From Rhodospirillales bacterium (GTDB lineage: Bacteria > Pseudomonadota > Alphaproteobacteria > Bin95), in assembly GCA_038143065.1 (NCBI GenBank), contig JAYQLI010000035.1, positions 1 through 64,000 of the forward strand: 64,000 nt of DNA, read 5' to 3'. Both the position numbers and the translations under genes were made by a program. Position 1 is the first letter of the stretch, and each line of letters opens with the position of its first letter. Positions 1-8,900 of this stretch are shown here, piece after piece. The notes beneath the pieces are model-generated. The model made no database searches. It was not told the origin of the DNA and worked only from the letters and a program-made list of their open reading frames with translations.

Positions 1-357
1 TTGCATCCGCCGAACAGGTGAGGCCGGATGCAGCGTATTATGACCAAAATTTGTTGGGCAAGTGTATTTTTGGTTTCTCGGAACGCCGGAATGAACGAGT
101 AAAAATCTTTTTTAAGTCAAAGACTGAGGCCCGGATTTCTAACAGAGACATATTTAGATAACAAATGCGAAGTATCGCTGTCGAATGGGAACATGAAAAA
201 TAAATTGGGGCTCTGGTGATGCCACGTACTTTCTTTAGTTGCCATTGAAAACGGTCAGAGAGTTTTGCGTTTGACGTAAAAAAAGCGCCTAGATAAGCCA
301 TCAGACGAAATATATCTCGGGGATCGCAAGACAAAATGGGCTCACTAGCGAGTCGCC

Positions 358-600
358 TTGATCCTCTTCCCAGTAGTAGCTGTTAGGCCTGCAGTCAAAA
401 CACCTTCTTCAAAAAATGGGGTGGTTAATATCGATAAAGATGAGATTGCAGCACTTGAGAAGAAGCTAGCAGCATTAAAACAGAAGTCTGCACGTAAGGA
501 AGAGTATCAAAAGATGCGCAGCCTGCTGGATCAGAAGCTTAAGGAGGTGCAGGCTCAGATTCAGATGTTGGAGCAAGAGTACAAAGACGTATTGAACTGA
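358..600 (+). CDS. Hypothetical coiled-coil protein, probably the C-terminal part of a longer frameshifted gene
   Basis: Heptad-rich K/E/Q/L ORF (EIAALEKKLAALKQK...LKEVQAQIQMLEQEY) followed by a hairpin; start codon uncertain. Confidence 0.45.
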   Translation: MILFPVVAVRPAVKTPSSKNGVVNIDKDEIAALEKKLAALKQKSARKEEYQKMRSLLDQKLKEVQAQIQMLEQEYKDVLN

Positions 601-617
601 TTGCTCTGTGTTTAATG

Positions 618-664
618 GCCCGCATGTTGAGCTTTGTTGTTTGATCATGCGGGCATCATTTTTT
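618..664 (+). terminator. Putative intrinsic terminator
   Basis: GCCCGCATG (618-626) / CATGCGGGC (646-654) inverted repeat, then a T-run, just after the stop at 600. Confidence 0.5.
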
Positions 665-833
665 AAGAAAACTCACTTAAAGCACCAAAAACTCAAGCAT
701 CTTACTTGGGGATGTGATATTATATAAGTGTACTTAGTATGGGGATGATAGACGGATATATAGGAGTTAAGAGGTAATAAGACCTCAATTCTAATAACCA
801 TCATATCTATAAATAAATAAGGTCAATTAGCTT

Positions 834-2230
834 ATGACAGATTGGAGAAGTAAACGGTATTTAAGGTTCTATTCCATTACAGATCAGATTGTAGATGAGT
901 TACAAAATCATATCTGGATTAAGACAGAACGGGCTAAGAGACGTTTAAAGGGTAGTGATTTAGATGCTCTTAAATACTCTGTTGAGACTTTAATTAGGGA
1001 TAGTGTTTCAATCGTATATCAGCGTCGTAAAAGTTGGCACTGGTAAGCATTCAAGTAAAAATAAGAATGCTTATGTTGAAGAAGGTACAGATCCCTTAAT
1101 CACCTATCGTATTCATATTGAACTGCGTATCACGGTCTCATTGAATTGGGGTATTTAATAGAAACGGAAAAGGGCTTTCATGACCGCAAAGGTCGTATGA
1201 TGAACCTCCTTTTAAGCAAGCTCACACGCTATCAAGCTACCGATAAGCTCATTCAATTATTTACTGCTGAAGAACAAAGAGTACTCGCAGCTATAATCCC
1301 TTCGGCACGTGATCCTAATCCTATCAGAATAAGAGTAAGGGTAAGGGTAGGGGATTCTGAGACTAGAAGACAAACCTTACCAACCCCTGACACAGCAAAT
1401 GTCAGGCGTTTGCGTTCTAATCTGCAACGCATAAACACAGCCATTCAAAGTTATTGATTGATCTTGCATTAGAAGATGATTTTCTTGCGGAACAACTTTT
1501 AGCCTTAGGCAGTTCCGACAATCGTGATGTTCGGTTCGCATGAACCAACGTAATCTCTATCGTGTCTTCAACGATCCAACTCTTAAAACAGGTGGAAGGT
1601 TTATGGTGGTTGGTGGCAGAATATTCCGAAAGGACTGGTCGATATTTGGTTATAGATGGCAAACGCACCATCGAGCTTGATTATGCCAATCAACACCCAA
1701 CCATTCTGTATCTTAAAGAAGGTCTAGAGCCACCAATAGATGGATATTCAGGTGTCTTAGGACCGATCGAAGGCCATGCAGACAGCGCTGTAAGATCAAT
1801 GGTTAAATCCGCCTTTAACGCAATGTTGAATGCAGATCATCGTCTTAAACAAGCACCTAAAAGTGTTAAGCCAGCACGCTTTGGGCTACAGGCGGCGTGA
1901 GGTATCAGACGCAATAGAAGCCTTTCATCAACCCATTGCTAAGCACTTCTATACTGGTATTGGTTTACGTCTTCGCGTAAGGATTGGCGACACGCGCTGA
2001 ACGGGTGTTAGCTCACCTTCGCTAAACATGAAGACCGTATTCCGATCCTTCCATTACACGACAGCTTTATCTTGCATTGGGGATATGAAGACATGCTGCG
2101 TCGATGGCAGAAGCATTTGAAAAGGTTGTAGGTGGTCCACCCAAAATCAGTATGGATACATATCTAGCTCCAACTGCTTCTGATGATTTTATGGATCTAA
2201 GCTTAGATGAATCTCTAACCGCCACATAGT
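834..2230 (+). CDS. Uncharacterised protein with family-A DNA polymerase / T7-RNAP-like palm motifs (several frameshifts)
   Basis: Joining frames gives LYRVFNDPTLKTGGRF(Y)GGWWQNIP, then IELDYANQHPTILY (motif A-like), RSMVKSAFNAMLNA (motif B-like), HQPIAKHFYTGIGLRL and ILPLHDSFI (motif C-like, about 2045-2071). Confidence 0.65.
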
Positions 2231-2602
2231 GCATGAATGGCGATTACGAGAGTTTAAAAATCTTTAAGAATATTAGGCATTAGAGATCTGCAATTTACTG
2301 ACGTAAGTAGCGGTTGGTCCTACTTATATTGAGAAAAACATTTGGCTGTCGTGGACATTGCATTTTTTTTTTATTTAACTAAACGGATTGTGGATGACCC
2401 GCGGTCGCTTGGGCTGTGGTGTCTTCAGACGTTCAGATATTGTAACGATACCCTGCGTAAATGGCGTTAAAATCGTCTCTTCCTCAGGACCGGCGACCTT
2501 CCCTGAAAATCTGTGCTGTTGAGCATGAAACGTTTATCCACGTTCCATGTTCTCGGATCATTTCAAGCTAAAATCTTGTATAATCGGAAGGAAAAAGAGC
2601 CG

Positions 2603-2817
2603 ATGCGTACCGAAGGACTAGTAAAATTTTTTAATGTCACAAAAGGCTTTGGCTTTATTGAGCCAACCAATGGACAGAAGGATGTGTTTGTCCATATTTC
2701 AGGAAGTCGAGCGTTCTGGAATTCAAGCAAATCTTAAAGAAGGCGACGGTAAGCTTTGGTGTTGAAGCTGATAAACGCGGTCGCTCCAACGCAACTAAGC
2801 TTCAGATCTCTGCTTAA
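2603..2817 (+). CDS. Cold-shock domain protein (CspA family), frameshifted
   Basis: [29 protein letters not shown] carries the RNP1 and RNP2 motifs; the C-terminus ...[13 protein letters not shown] is in a shifted frame. Confidence 0.9.
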
Positions 2818-2833
2818 AAAAGCGAATATGACC

Positions 2834-2877
2834 ACCTACTTCTGAGCTAAAGAGATTTACCTCAGAAGTAGGTTTTT
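2834..2877 (+). terminator. Intrinsic terminator, possibly bidirectional, between csp and the redoxin gene
   Basis: Perfect 13-bp inverted repeat ACCTACTTCTGAG / CTCAGAAGTAGGT followed by TTTT. Confidence 0.75.
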
Positions 2878-2970
2878 CCAATAACATTTCACTTTAAATA
2901 AGTTCGCTATTCTGAATAGGAACCAGCATCGGGTTAACACCCAATGCCAGCTCCATGTAACCGACTTTCG

Positions 2971-3435
2971 TTACGACTTACTGAGGAGGTCTACCAGCTT
3001 TATTACATCCGCTGCTTCAGTGCGGGCTAATGGGCCATCACTGTAAGACAGTTGTACAATTTTATTATTTGGATCTAACAGAAATTCCATGGTTGTGAGA
3101 ACTGACGTGTGGCTTGCCAGTAGCCACCTAAGCTTTCAATCAACTCCTGATTGACACCAAAGCCTAAGGGCAAACCAATATTTGTTGCCATCTCAGCCGC
3201 TTTATCTTGCGGGTCTGAGCTTGCAGCAACAACTCTATATTTATTTTTAAGTTCTTCTTTGATAGCTCTGAAGCCGTCCAACTGACGTCGACAGAACGAT
3301 CACCAATTTCCTCTAAAGAAAATTATTACTTTCCAGCCATCACCCATATCAGAAGGCAAATGCATTGTATTGCCATCTGATAAGGTAATAGAGGTATTTG
3401 GAAATATTTGGCCTCGCCGCCAATCTATTCGCCAT
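2971..3435 (-). CDS. Peroxiredoxin-like (AhpC/TSA/redoxin fold) protein, probable selenoprotein with UxxC
   Basis: Reads ...DGWKVIIFFRGNW-TGA-SFCRRQLDGF...VVAASSD...SYSDGPLAR. The in-frame TGA (3300-3302) occupies the first Cys of the WCxxC motif and is followed by a hairpin. Small indels elsewhere; 3' end approximate. Confidence 0.75.
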
Positions 3436-3606
3436 ATCTAATTTCAAATTAAGTTTTAAAAGACTAGCACTAATTTATGCGAAAATAATGCTCAATTATC
3501 GCAGCAAACACTAGATAAATAGCAAGATCTAATTCCGCAATCCAAATAAAAATGATTCAATAAATTATTAACAACGTATCCCTACTAACAACTAAGGATA
3601 AGTAAA

Positions 3607-3895
3607 ATGCGTGATATGTATAAATGGTAATGGATGGGGACCATAATCCACTGTCTGCTCTTCCACGTGCTCAGCGATTTCAGATTATGGTGTTTCAGTT
3701 TAATGTGGACCTCCGTGTTTGTGATGGCAGGCGCTTGGGTGTTCTATGGAGAACTCTTAATCTTGCATTTCTGCTTGCGTCTGGAGTTCTTATCACAGGT
3801 TTGACTTTTAGAAGTGCACGGCAGCTTACTCCTACCGAGATCAGCGCAGACAAGATGGTACGGCGCGGTACGACGATGTTTGGGGTGCAAACTGA
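3607..3895 (+). CDS. Small hypothetical membrane protein (frameshifted)
   Basis: Joined frames give DHNPLSALPRAQRFQIMV..LMWTSVF...FLLASGVLITGLTF...DGTARYDDVWGAN, with two hydrophobic segments. Confidence 0.5.
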
Positions 3896-4303
3896 TCTTG
3901 CAAAGGTAGGGGCAAACCGATTAACGCAATGCCCTGAAGCGCGCACACTAGCAACCCAATTAAACACACGCCATTAACACCTGGCAAGAGGTTAAGGAAA
4001 AAATGCAACACAAACTGGTTACTAACCCTGTAGCTTAGTGTGTGAACCAGCCCGACAATGTTCCGGCATAAGGTACTGGCCCATGCATACCCGACCCATA
4101 CGTACCCATACAGACAATCCCTTACGTCATAGCCATTAGGGCACACCACACGAACTTACTTGCTAATGGGTAGTGAACCTTAAAAACTTAGATAGTGTCT
4201 AGCTCCAAGTGCTCCACACATGGCGTTCATACATAGTTTCAACCTTTAGGGTACGCACTTCAGTGCAAAGGACATTTGTCACGACATAACGGGGTTCTTG
4301 TGG

Positions 4304-4475
4304 GGTAGACAAAACGGTAGACAATTTACGTGTAGATTTATCAAACCTGTGTTAGGTTAAGTTATTGATTATGTTACAGGCATGGTTGGGTTCGGCTCAT
4401 CTTTGATGAGCTACATCCCCTACCTCCGCCATAAATTGGCGATAACCATTTGATTTGTACAAAGAGTGTGAACCA
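4304..4475 (+). other. att-like recombination site: arm-type tandem repeat, IHF box, tRNA 3'-end remnant, IHF box
   Basis: GGTAGACAAAACGGTAGACAA (4304-4324) matches 8599-8619 (minus strand) at 20/21. WATCAANNNNTTR matches on the minus strand at 4358-4370 and 4443-4455. GGGTTCG..ATCCCCTACCTCCGCCA lies at 4388-4431. Confidence 0.6.
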
Positions 4476-4554
4476 AATGGATTGCGCTGGCACACGTCTC
4501 TATTTGCCTGGGCAGTTAAATCTAAATCAATCAGATTCATTTCTTAGGTATTAG

Positions 4555-5036
4555 GATAAATATTTACCTATGAGAGGCGTAGGTATTAACCAAAATCACA
4601 CCGCCAATAATGAGTAAAAGACCTAATGACACGCCAGTCCAATGACTGGTGGAAGATGAAGTATCCGAAAATTGTAATTAAGAAAATGCCAAGCCCAGAC
4701 CACGTGGCATAGACTACCGCGATTGGTAAGGTGTTTAGTGCGAGAGTTAAAAAGTAGAACGCTGCTGAGTAACAAGCTATCAATGCGACCGTTGGCATCA
4801 AACGCGTAAAATTTTGACAAACTGGTAATAACAGAGTGCCAGAAACTTCAAAAATAATAGCTATGAACAAATACAGATATTGCAAATCTCAAGCTTTCTG
4901 GAGTGACGGATTAGGGCAAAAGAGTTGAGAGTAGTTTTTCATACTTTAATTAATGGAAAGACTAAAACGCTAGAACGTCTGTTTTGCTGATGGAGAGGAT
5001 GACCAAAAGTGTTTCAAAAAATTTTTATAAAGAAAG
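4555..5036. repeat. About 480-bp direct repeat, copy 1 (copy 2 at 6722-7203)
   Basis: Near-identical from GATAAATATTTACCTATGAGAGGCG to TATAAAGAAAG; differences are mostly single-base indels. Confidence 0.9.
4564..4885 (-). CDS. SMR family small multidrug/cation exporter (EmrE/QacE-like), copy 1
   Basis: Four TM helices, conserved Glu in AIIFEVSGT, YATWSGLG motif. The C-terminus LGLLLIIGGVILVN is restored using copy 2. Confidence 0.85.
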
Positions 5037-5105
5037 AACTATGAATAGACAGAGCATTAAGACTAATAGTCGCTAACGAGAGGCTAAGGGACAATCTTTA
5101 GAAAC

Positions 5106-5832
5106 TTAATTTAAACCTTCCCTTGTTTTTGATCTTTTAACGTTTGCAAAATAGACAATTTGAGTAGGCTCATTTTACGATAAAAATTTTTGTAACGTGA
5201 CACAAACGATCGATATACACCGTATTTAAAATAAACAACGTCTTCAGTCATTGTTCTCCCGCGAAAATCCACCTTCTGTTGCCATTTACAAAGACTTTCA
5301 TGAAGCCATCAGATTTGGTCACTTGGCATGCACTTCAATTCTATTCCACTTACCCAACAGCTCTTCATCAGCGATCAGTTTTATAGGTATACGCGAGTGA
5401 CCAAAATTTTCGTCGAACCAATAACCACCTACACTGTTTTGAAACATAAAAGCGGGTGGGCCCCTCAATTGATGAATTTGACCTAGTGCTAGTTTTGTTG
5501 GTAATTTTTTTTGTAAAGTCTCTGGCACAAAGATCGACCACCCATACCAATTTATAGTGGCTTGGAAACCGTCTTTTGGTCCTGATAACTCTGAACGTTC
5601 TCTATCACTTCTACAGTCGCTCCACTGGCTGCTAGAGCCAAATCACCTGCTCGCACTTCAAACCGTTCGACAACTCTACTCCGCTTCTTCCTGTAAAATC
5701 TTTGACTACAGAGTAACCATAACTTTTGTTATTTAATGAGCGCTTAAAAGGGCCAAAAGATCCACGATCCAATGTTTGGCAACTGGCCAATGCAAAACTG
5801 GCTATCGATATTAAAACTAAAAATATGCGCAT
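5106..5832 (-). CDS. Polysaccharide lyase / heparin lyase I-like lipoprotein (frameshifted)
   Basis: Lipobox LASC. Joined frames give ERFEVRAGD..WSDCRSDRERSEL..WYGWSIFVP..LGQIHQ..GKWNRIEVHAK..YFKYGVYRSF..VYFANVKR. Confidence 0.6.
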
Positions 5833-5944
5833 TTGTTTTATTTTTAATACTTTGAACCAGTAAAAAAATTGGCATCTGGAAAATATTTAAACATATCGAG
5901 CAATAAGAAAGAGCGAATTACGCCTAAAGACGTTGGTTCTGTAA

Positions 5945-6140
5945 TCTTATTCATCCATTCATGGAGAGGGTAAGTCGTAGCCAGCTCCGTAAGAGTGTTG
6001 ATAACGGCAGTCGTCCAGCCACCTATCTGATCAATCATTTGATGGACATTGTACTGCTCTCAGCCTGTCTCTGAGTGAAGTGTCTGAATGAGTGGACGAC
6101 ACAGCCTTCTGGTACTCTAGGCTTCAAGCACTTGTTGAGC
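5945..6140 (-). pseudogene. C-terminal fragment of a second tyrosine integrase
   Basis: LNKCLKPRVPEGCVVHSFRH..RDRLRAVQCP..IDQIGGWTTA..YGAGYDLP, paralogous to the C-terminus of the 7483-8609 integrase; no N-terminal part. Confidence 0.8.
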
Positions 6141-6434
6141 ATACCCATTTGATCTGCACAAAGACGTGAACAGGATCGATTGCGAAGTTATGTTATGCAG
6201 GCTCAACTTCTGATATTCACGATATAAAAATGAATTAGATAACAACCTCTCAACAATATTTGGTGCTTTCCAAGAATGACTGGAAAACATCTACGAGAAC
6301 CTAAAGCAACTTGGTGGTTCCAGTGATATTCCTTCAAGCCCTGATCAGGCCGAACTTGAGCGGGTTAAAATCCGCAATCAGGTGTTTTGTATAACGTTCG
6401 TTTTACAGCTCCGGATTCCATCGCTTTGTCCGAT

Positions 6435-6710
6435 CCCAACCTGCTCTTCATCATCGATTATGTGCCTAATGAATGGTTATAGAGAGTGACCAAAATTTAT
6501 CTGGACATCCTTCGTAAATGGGGTGTGCATTTCATGAAGATAACCATATCGATTGCACTAGATTTTCTCTCACCAAACATTGGTGGGTATTGGTATCCGC
6601 GTGAGGATTCCAATTGATGAAATTGACCAGGAGTGCTAGAGGGTGTTTGTTGGGAAAACTATTTGGAAGAAAGTCTCAATGGATGGCCAGAACAAAGATC
6701 GACCACCTGT
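6435..6710 (-). pseudogene. Degenerate second copy of the lyase-like gene (internal fragment)
   Basis: Patches match 5350-5545 (CCAAC..GCTCTTCATCA..GAGTGACCAAAATTT; CAATTGATGAA.TTGACC; ACAAAGATCGACCACC); no open frame. Confidence 0.5.
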
Positions 6711-6721
6711 ATGTTCCAATA

Positions 6722-7203
6722 GATAAATATTTACCTATGAGAGGCGTAGGTATTAACCAAAATCACACCACCAATAATGAGTAAAAGACCTAAAATGACA
6801 CGCCAGTCCAATGACTGGTGGAAGATGAAGTATCAAAAATTGTAATTAAGAAAATGCCAAGCCCAGACCACGTGGCATAGACTACCGCGATTGGTAAGGT
6901 GTTTAGTGCAGAGAGTTAAAAAGTAGAACGCTGCTGAGTAACAACTATCAATGCGACCGTTGGCATCAAACGCGTAAAATTTTGACAAACTGGTAATAAC
7001 AGAGTGCCAGAAACTTCAAAAATAATAGCTATGAACAAATACAGATATTGCAAATCTCAAGCTTTCTGGAGTTACGGATTAGGGCAAAAGAGTTGAGAGT
7101 AGTTTTTCATACTTTAATTAATGGAAAGACTAGAACGCTAGAACGTCTGTTTTGCTGATGGAGAGGATGACCAAAAGTGCTTCAAAAAATTTTATAAAGA
7201 AAG
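6722..7203. repeat. About 480-bp direct repeat, copy 2
   Basis: Near-identical to 4555-5036. Confidence 0.9.
6731..7053 (-). CDS. SMR family exporter, copy 2 (indels differ from copy 1)
   Basis: Same nucleotide sequence as 4564-4885 apart from a few indels and substitutions. Confidence 0.7.
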
Positions 7204-7210
7204 GGCTTGA

Positions 7211-7411
7211 ATGGTTTGGCGTTATCACGGCAATCATCTACTCAATGTTGGTTGCTTCAATACAGGATTTGAGGTTTTTGGTTTTGCCTTGCTTTTCATC
7301 TCTGCTTTAGCAATTGGCCTATGGGCCATACTTTGCCACCATTATGGTATTTTACTTCTGCAGTTTTTTTATGCCACCGCTGGTATAGTTGGGGTCTGGC
7401 GATGGTTTTGA
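7211..7411 (+). CDS. Small hypothetical membrane protein (5' end probably frameshifted or truncated)
   Basis: Hydrophobic: FEVFGFALLFISALAIGLWA..HYGILLLQFFYATAGIVGVWRWF. Confidence 0.5.
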   Translation: MVWRYHGNHLLNVGCFNTGFEVFGFALLFISALAIGLWAILCHHYGILLLQFFYATAGIVGVWRWF

Positions 7412-7482
7412 TCGATTGAAGTTTTCAGTATCTGGAAAAACAATTTCAAAAAGGTAGGTGCACCTAACACATTAGAAGGCGT

Positions 7483-8609
7483 CTATTTGGAAATCTTCTT
7501 CATCCATTCATGAAGTACGGGCAAGTCGTATCAGCTCCGTAGGAATGGCCGATACCGGCAGTCGTCCAACCACCAATACGATCGACAATATCAAACGGAC
7601 ACTGAACAGCTCTAAGCCTGTCACGCATACTGTGTCTGAAGGAATGTACTACGCAGTCTTTAGGGACACGTGTTCTTAGCCATTTATTGAGTGCAGCACT
7701 GGCATGGTTTGAATTAGCACGTATGCCGTCATTGTAGCGACTGAATGCATACGGGCCGTTTGAGTTATTCACTATGCGGTGTGCTGCCCACAATGACATT
7801 CCAACTAATGGAACAGTACGTGTACTGGATGCTGTCTTTAATGGTCTCCAGTCATGCTGTTGGATCACAACATGCGGAATATCTGCATGAATACATATGT
7901 CTGTAATGAGTAAAGCCAACTGCTTCAGCTAATCTAAGACCACTATCTGATAGGAAAGCTATTAACCAACGCAGATCATCATCAATTGTCTGACATTCAT
8001 TCTGTACGGAACGAATGGTTTCAATTGGGATAGGCTGTCTTCTTCACGTACATCATCCTTTTTAGGAAGAAAGGTGCCTCTAAAGACATTGGGGCAAGGG
8101 AGTCCGTGTTCAGTGATCGACAATTGCATAATTGCCTTAATCACAGAAAACACACGCTTAACGGAACTACTGGTTAAGCCTCTAGAGAATAAAGCATCAC
8201 GAAAGCGTGAAGCATCTAATTGCGTGTATGTATCAATGCGACGGTCATTCAATTCAGCAACGGCATACTCAATTGTACGTCTAGCTGCTGTTTCGTATTG
8301 GGACGAACGTCCATCGCCTTTAAGCCTTAGATACGTATCAAGCGCTTCAGTTAAGGTTGGTGCATCTGTCGTTGAGGGAACATTTTCTTCAAACGAATGC
8401 CCTAACCCCAAATGCCTTAATCGAATCCCTGACCAAACGCTCTCAAGCTGGTCTGACCACACCAAAGCTGTCTTTGAGGCTTTTACGCGCGATTTAGTTC
8501 TTAACGATCGAACAATGCGACTCTGTTTGTAATACCCACGCACATGCCGACTGAAGTACCAAACACCGCGTTTTTGAAAGAGGTATGAATCACCAGCTTT
8601 GTCTACCAT
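7483..8609 (-). CDS. Tyrosine recombinase/integrase with DUF6538-like N-terminal domain (frameshifted)
   Basis: N-terminus YLFQKRGVWYFSRHV..IVRSLRTK. Catalytic set present: SGLRLAEA (R), LKTASS (K), HSFRH, GGW, HSYG (Y). Lies directly downstream of tRNA-Gly. Confidence 0.9.
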
Positions 8610-8675
8610 TTTGTCTACCGCAATCCCGAAAAGTCACGAAATTGCGTTGCAGATCAAATGGTTATGCTCAAAAGT

Positions 8676-8749
8676 TGGAGCGGGTAGGGAGAATCGAACC
8701 CCCGCGTTCAGCTTGGGAAGCTAACAGGCTACCATTACATCATACCCGC
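8676..8749 (-). tRNA. tRNA-Gly (CCC)
   Basis: GCGGGTATGATGTAATGGTAGCCTGTTAGCTTCCCAAGCTGAACGCGGGGGTTCGATTCTCCCTACCCGCTCCA: 74 nt, cloverleaf, CCC anticodon, encoded CCA. Confidence 0.96.
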
Positions 8750-8900
8750 GTAAGTCCAATATCGCTTGCTGAGTGTCGGGCTGCAAGATGTTTCTTTTAA
8801 ACTGCTGAGCGTTTTCAAAATCATAATTTTGGCCAGCTCAGTTTTATTGATACAACTGCAGAATCGAACGCAAGCATCAAGAGGTTGTGTGGTTCCCTAA

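Larger units (their letters stand above)
1..8749. mobile_element. tRNA-anchored genomic island or composite of integrative elements (left boundary outside the window)
   Basis: Tyrosine integrase starts 67 bp after the tRNA-Gly 3' end. Also a second integrase fragment, att-like motifs, duplicated cargo, visibly AT-richer sequence than the downstream backbone, and no housekeeping genes. Confidence 0.8.

Noticed and set aside
2-35. TGCATCCG/CGGATGCA hairpin resembling a REP element
   Set aside because: Single copy in 64 kb, at the window edge, and no RAYT transposase seen.
1332-1352. (GTAAGG)n-like hexamer run encoding IRIRVRVRV
   Set aside because: Three imperfect units inside a coding beta-strand; too short to call a contingency repeat.
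1455-1457. TGA in the polymerase-like gene as recoding
   Set aside because: The frame also shifts here; TAT TG(G) ATT GAT (YWID) with one missing G explains it.
2376-2549. Small minus-strand ORF ([20 protein letters not shown]...HNPFS) divergent from csp
   Set aside because: About 50 codons with an in-frame TAA after the only nearby ATG and no recognisable motif; it cannot be supported.
1-8675. Direct repeat of the tRNA-Gly 3' end marking the far end of the element
   Set aside because: Not found by eye in the same orientation; the only tRNA-like remnant (4388-4431) is inverted and more Ser-like.
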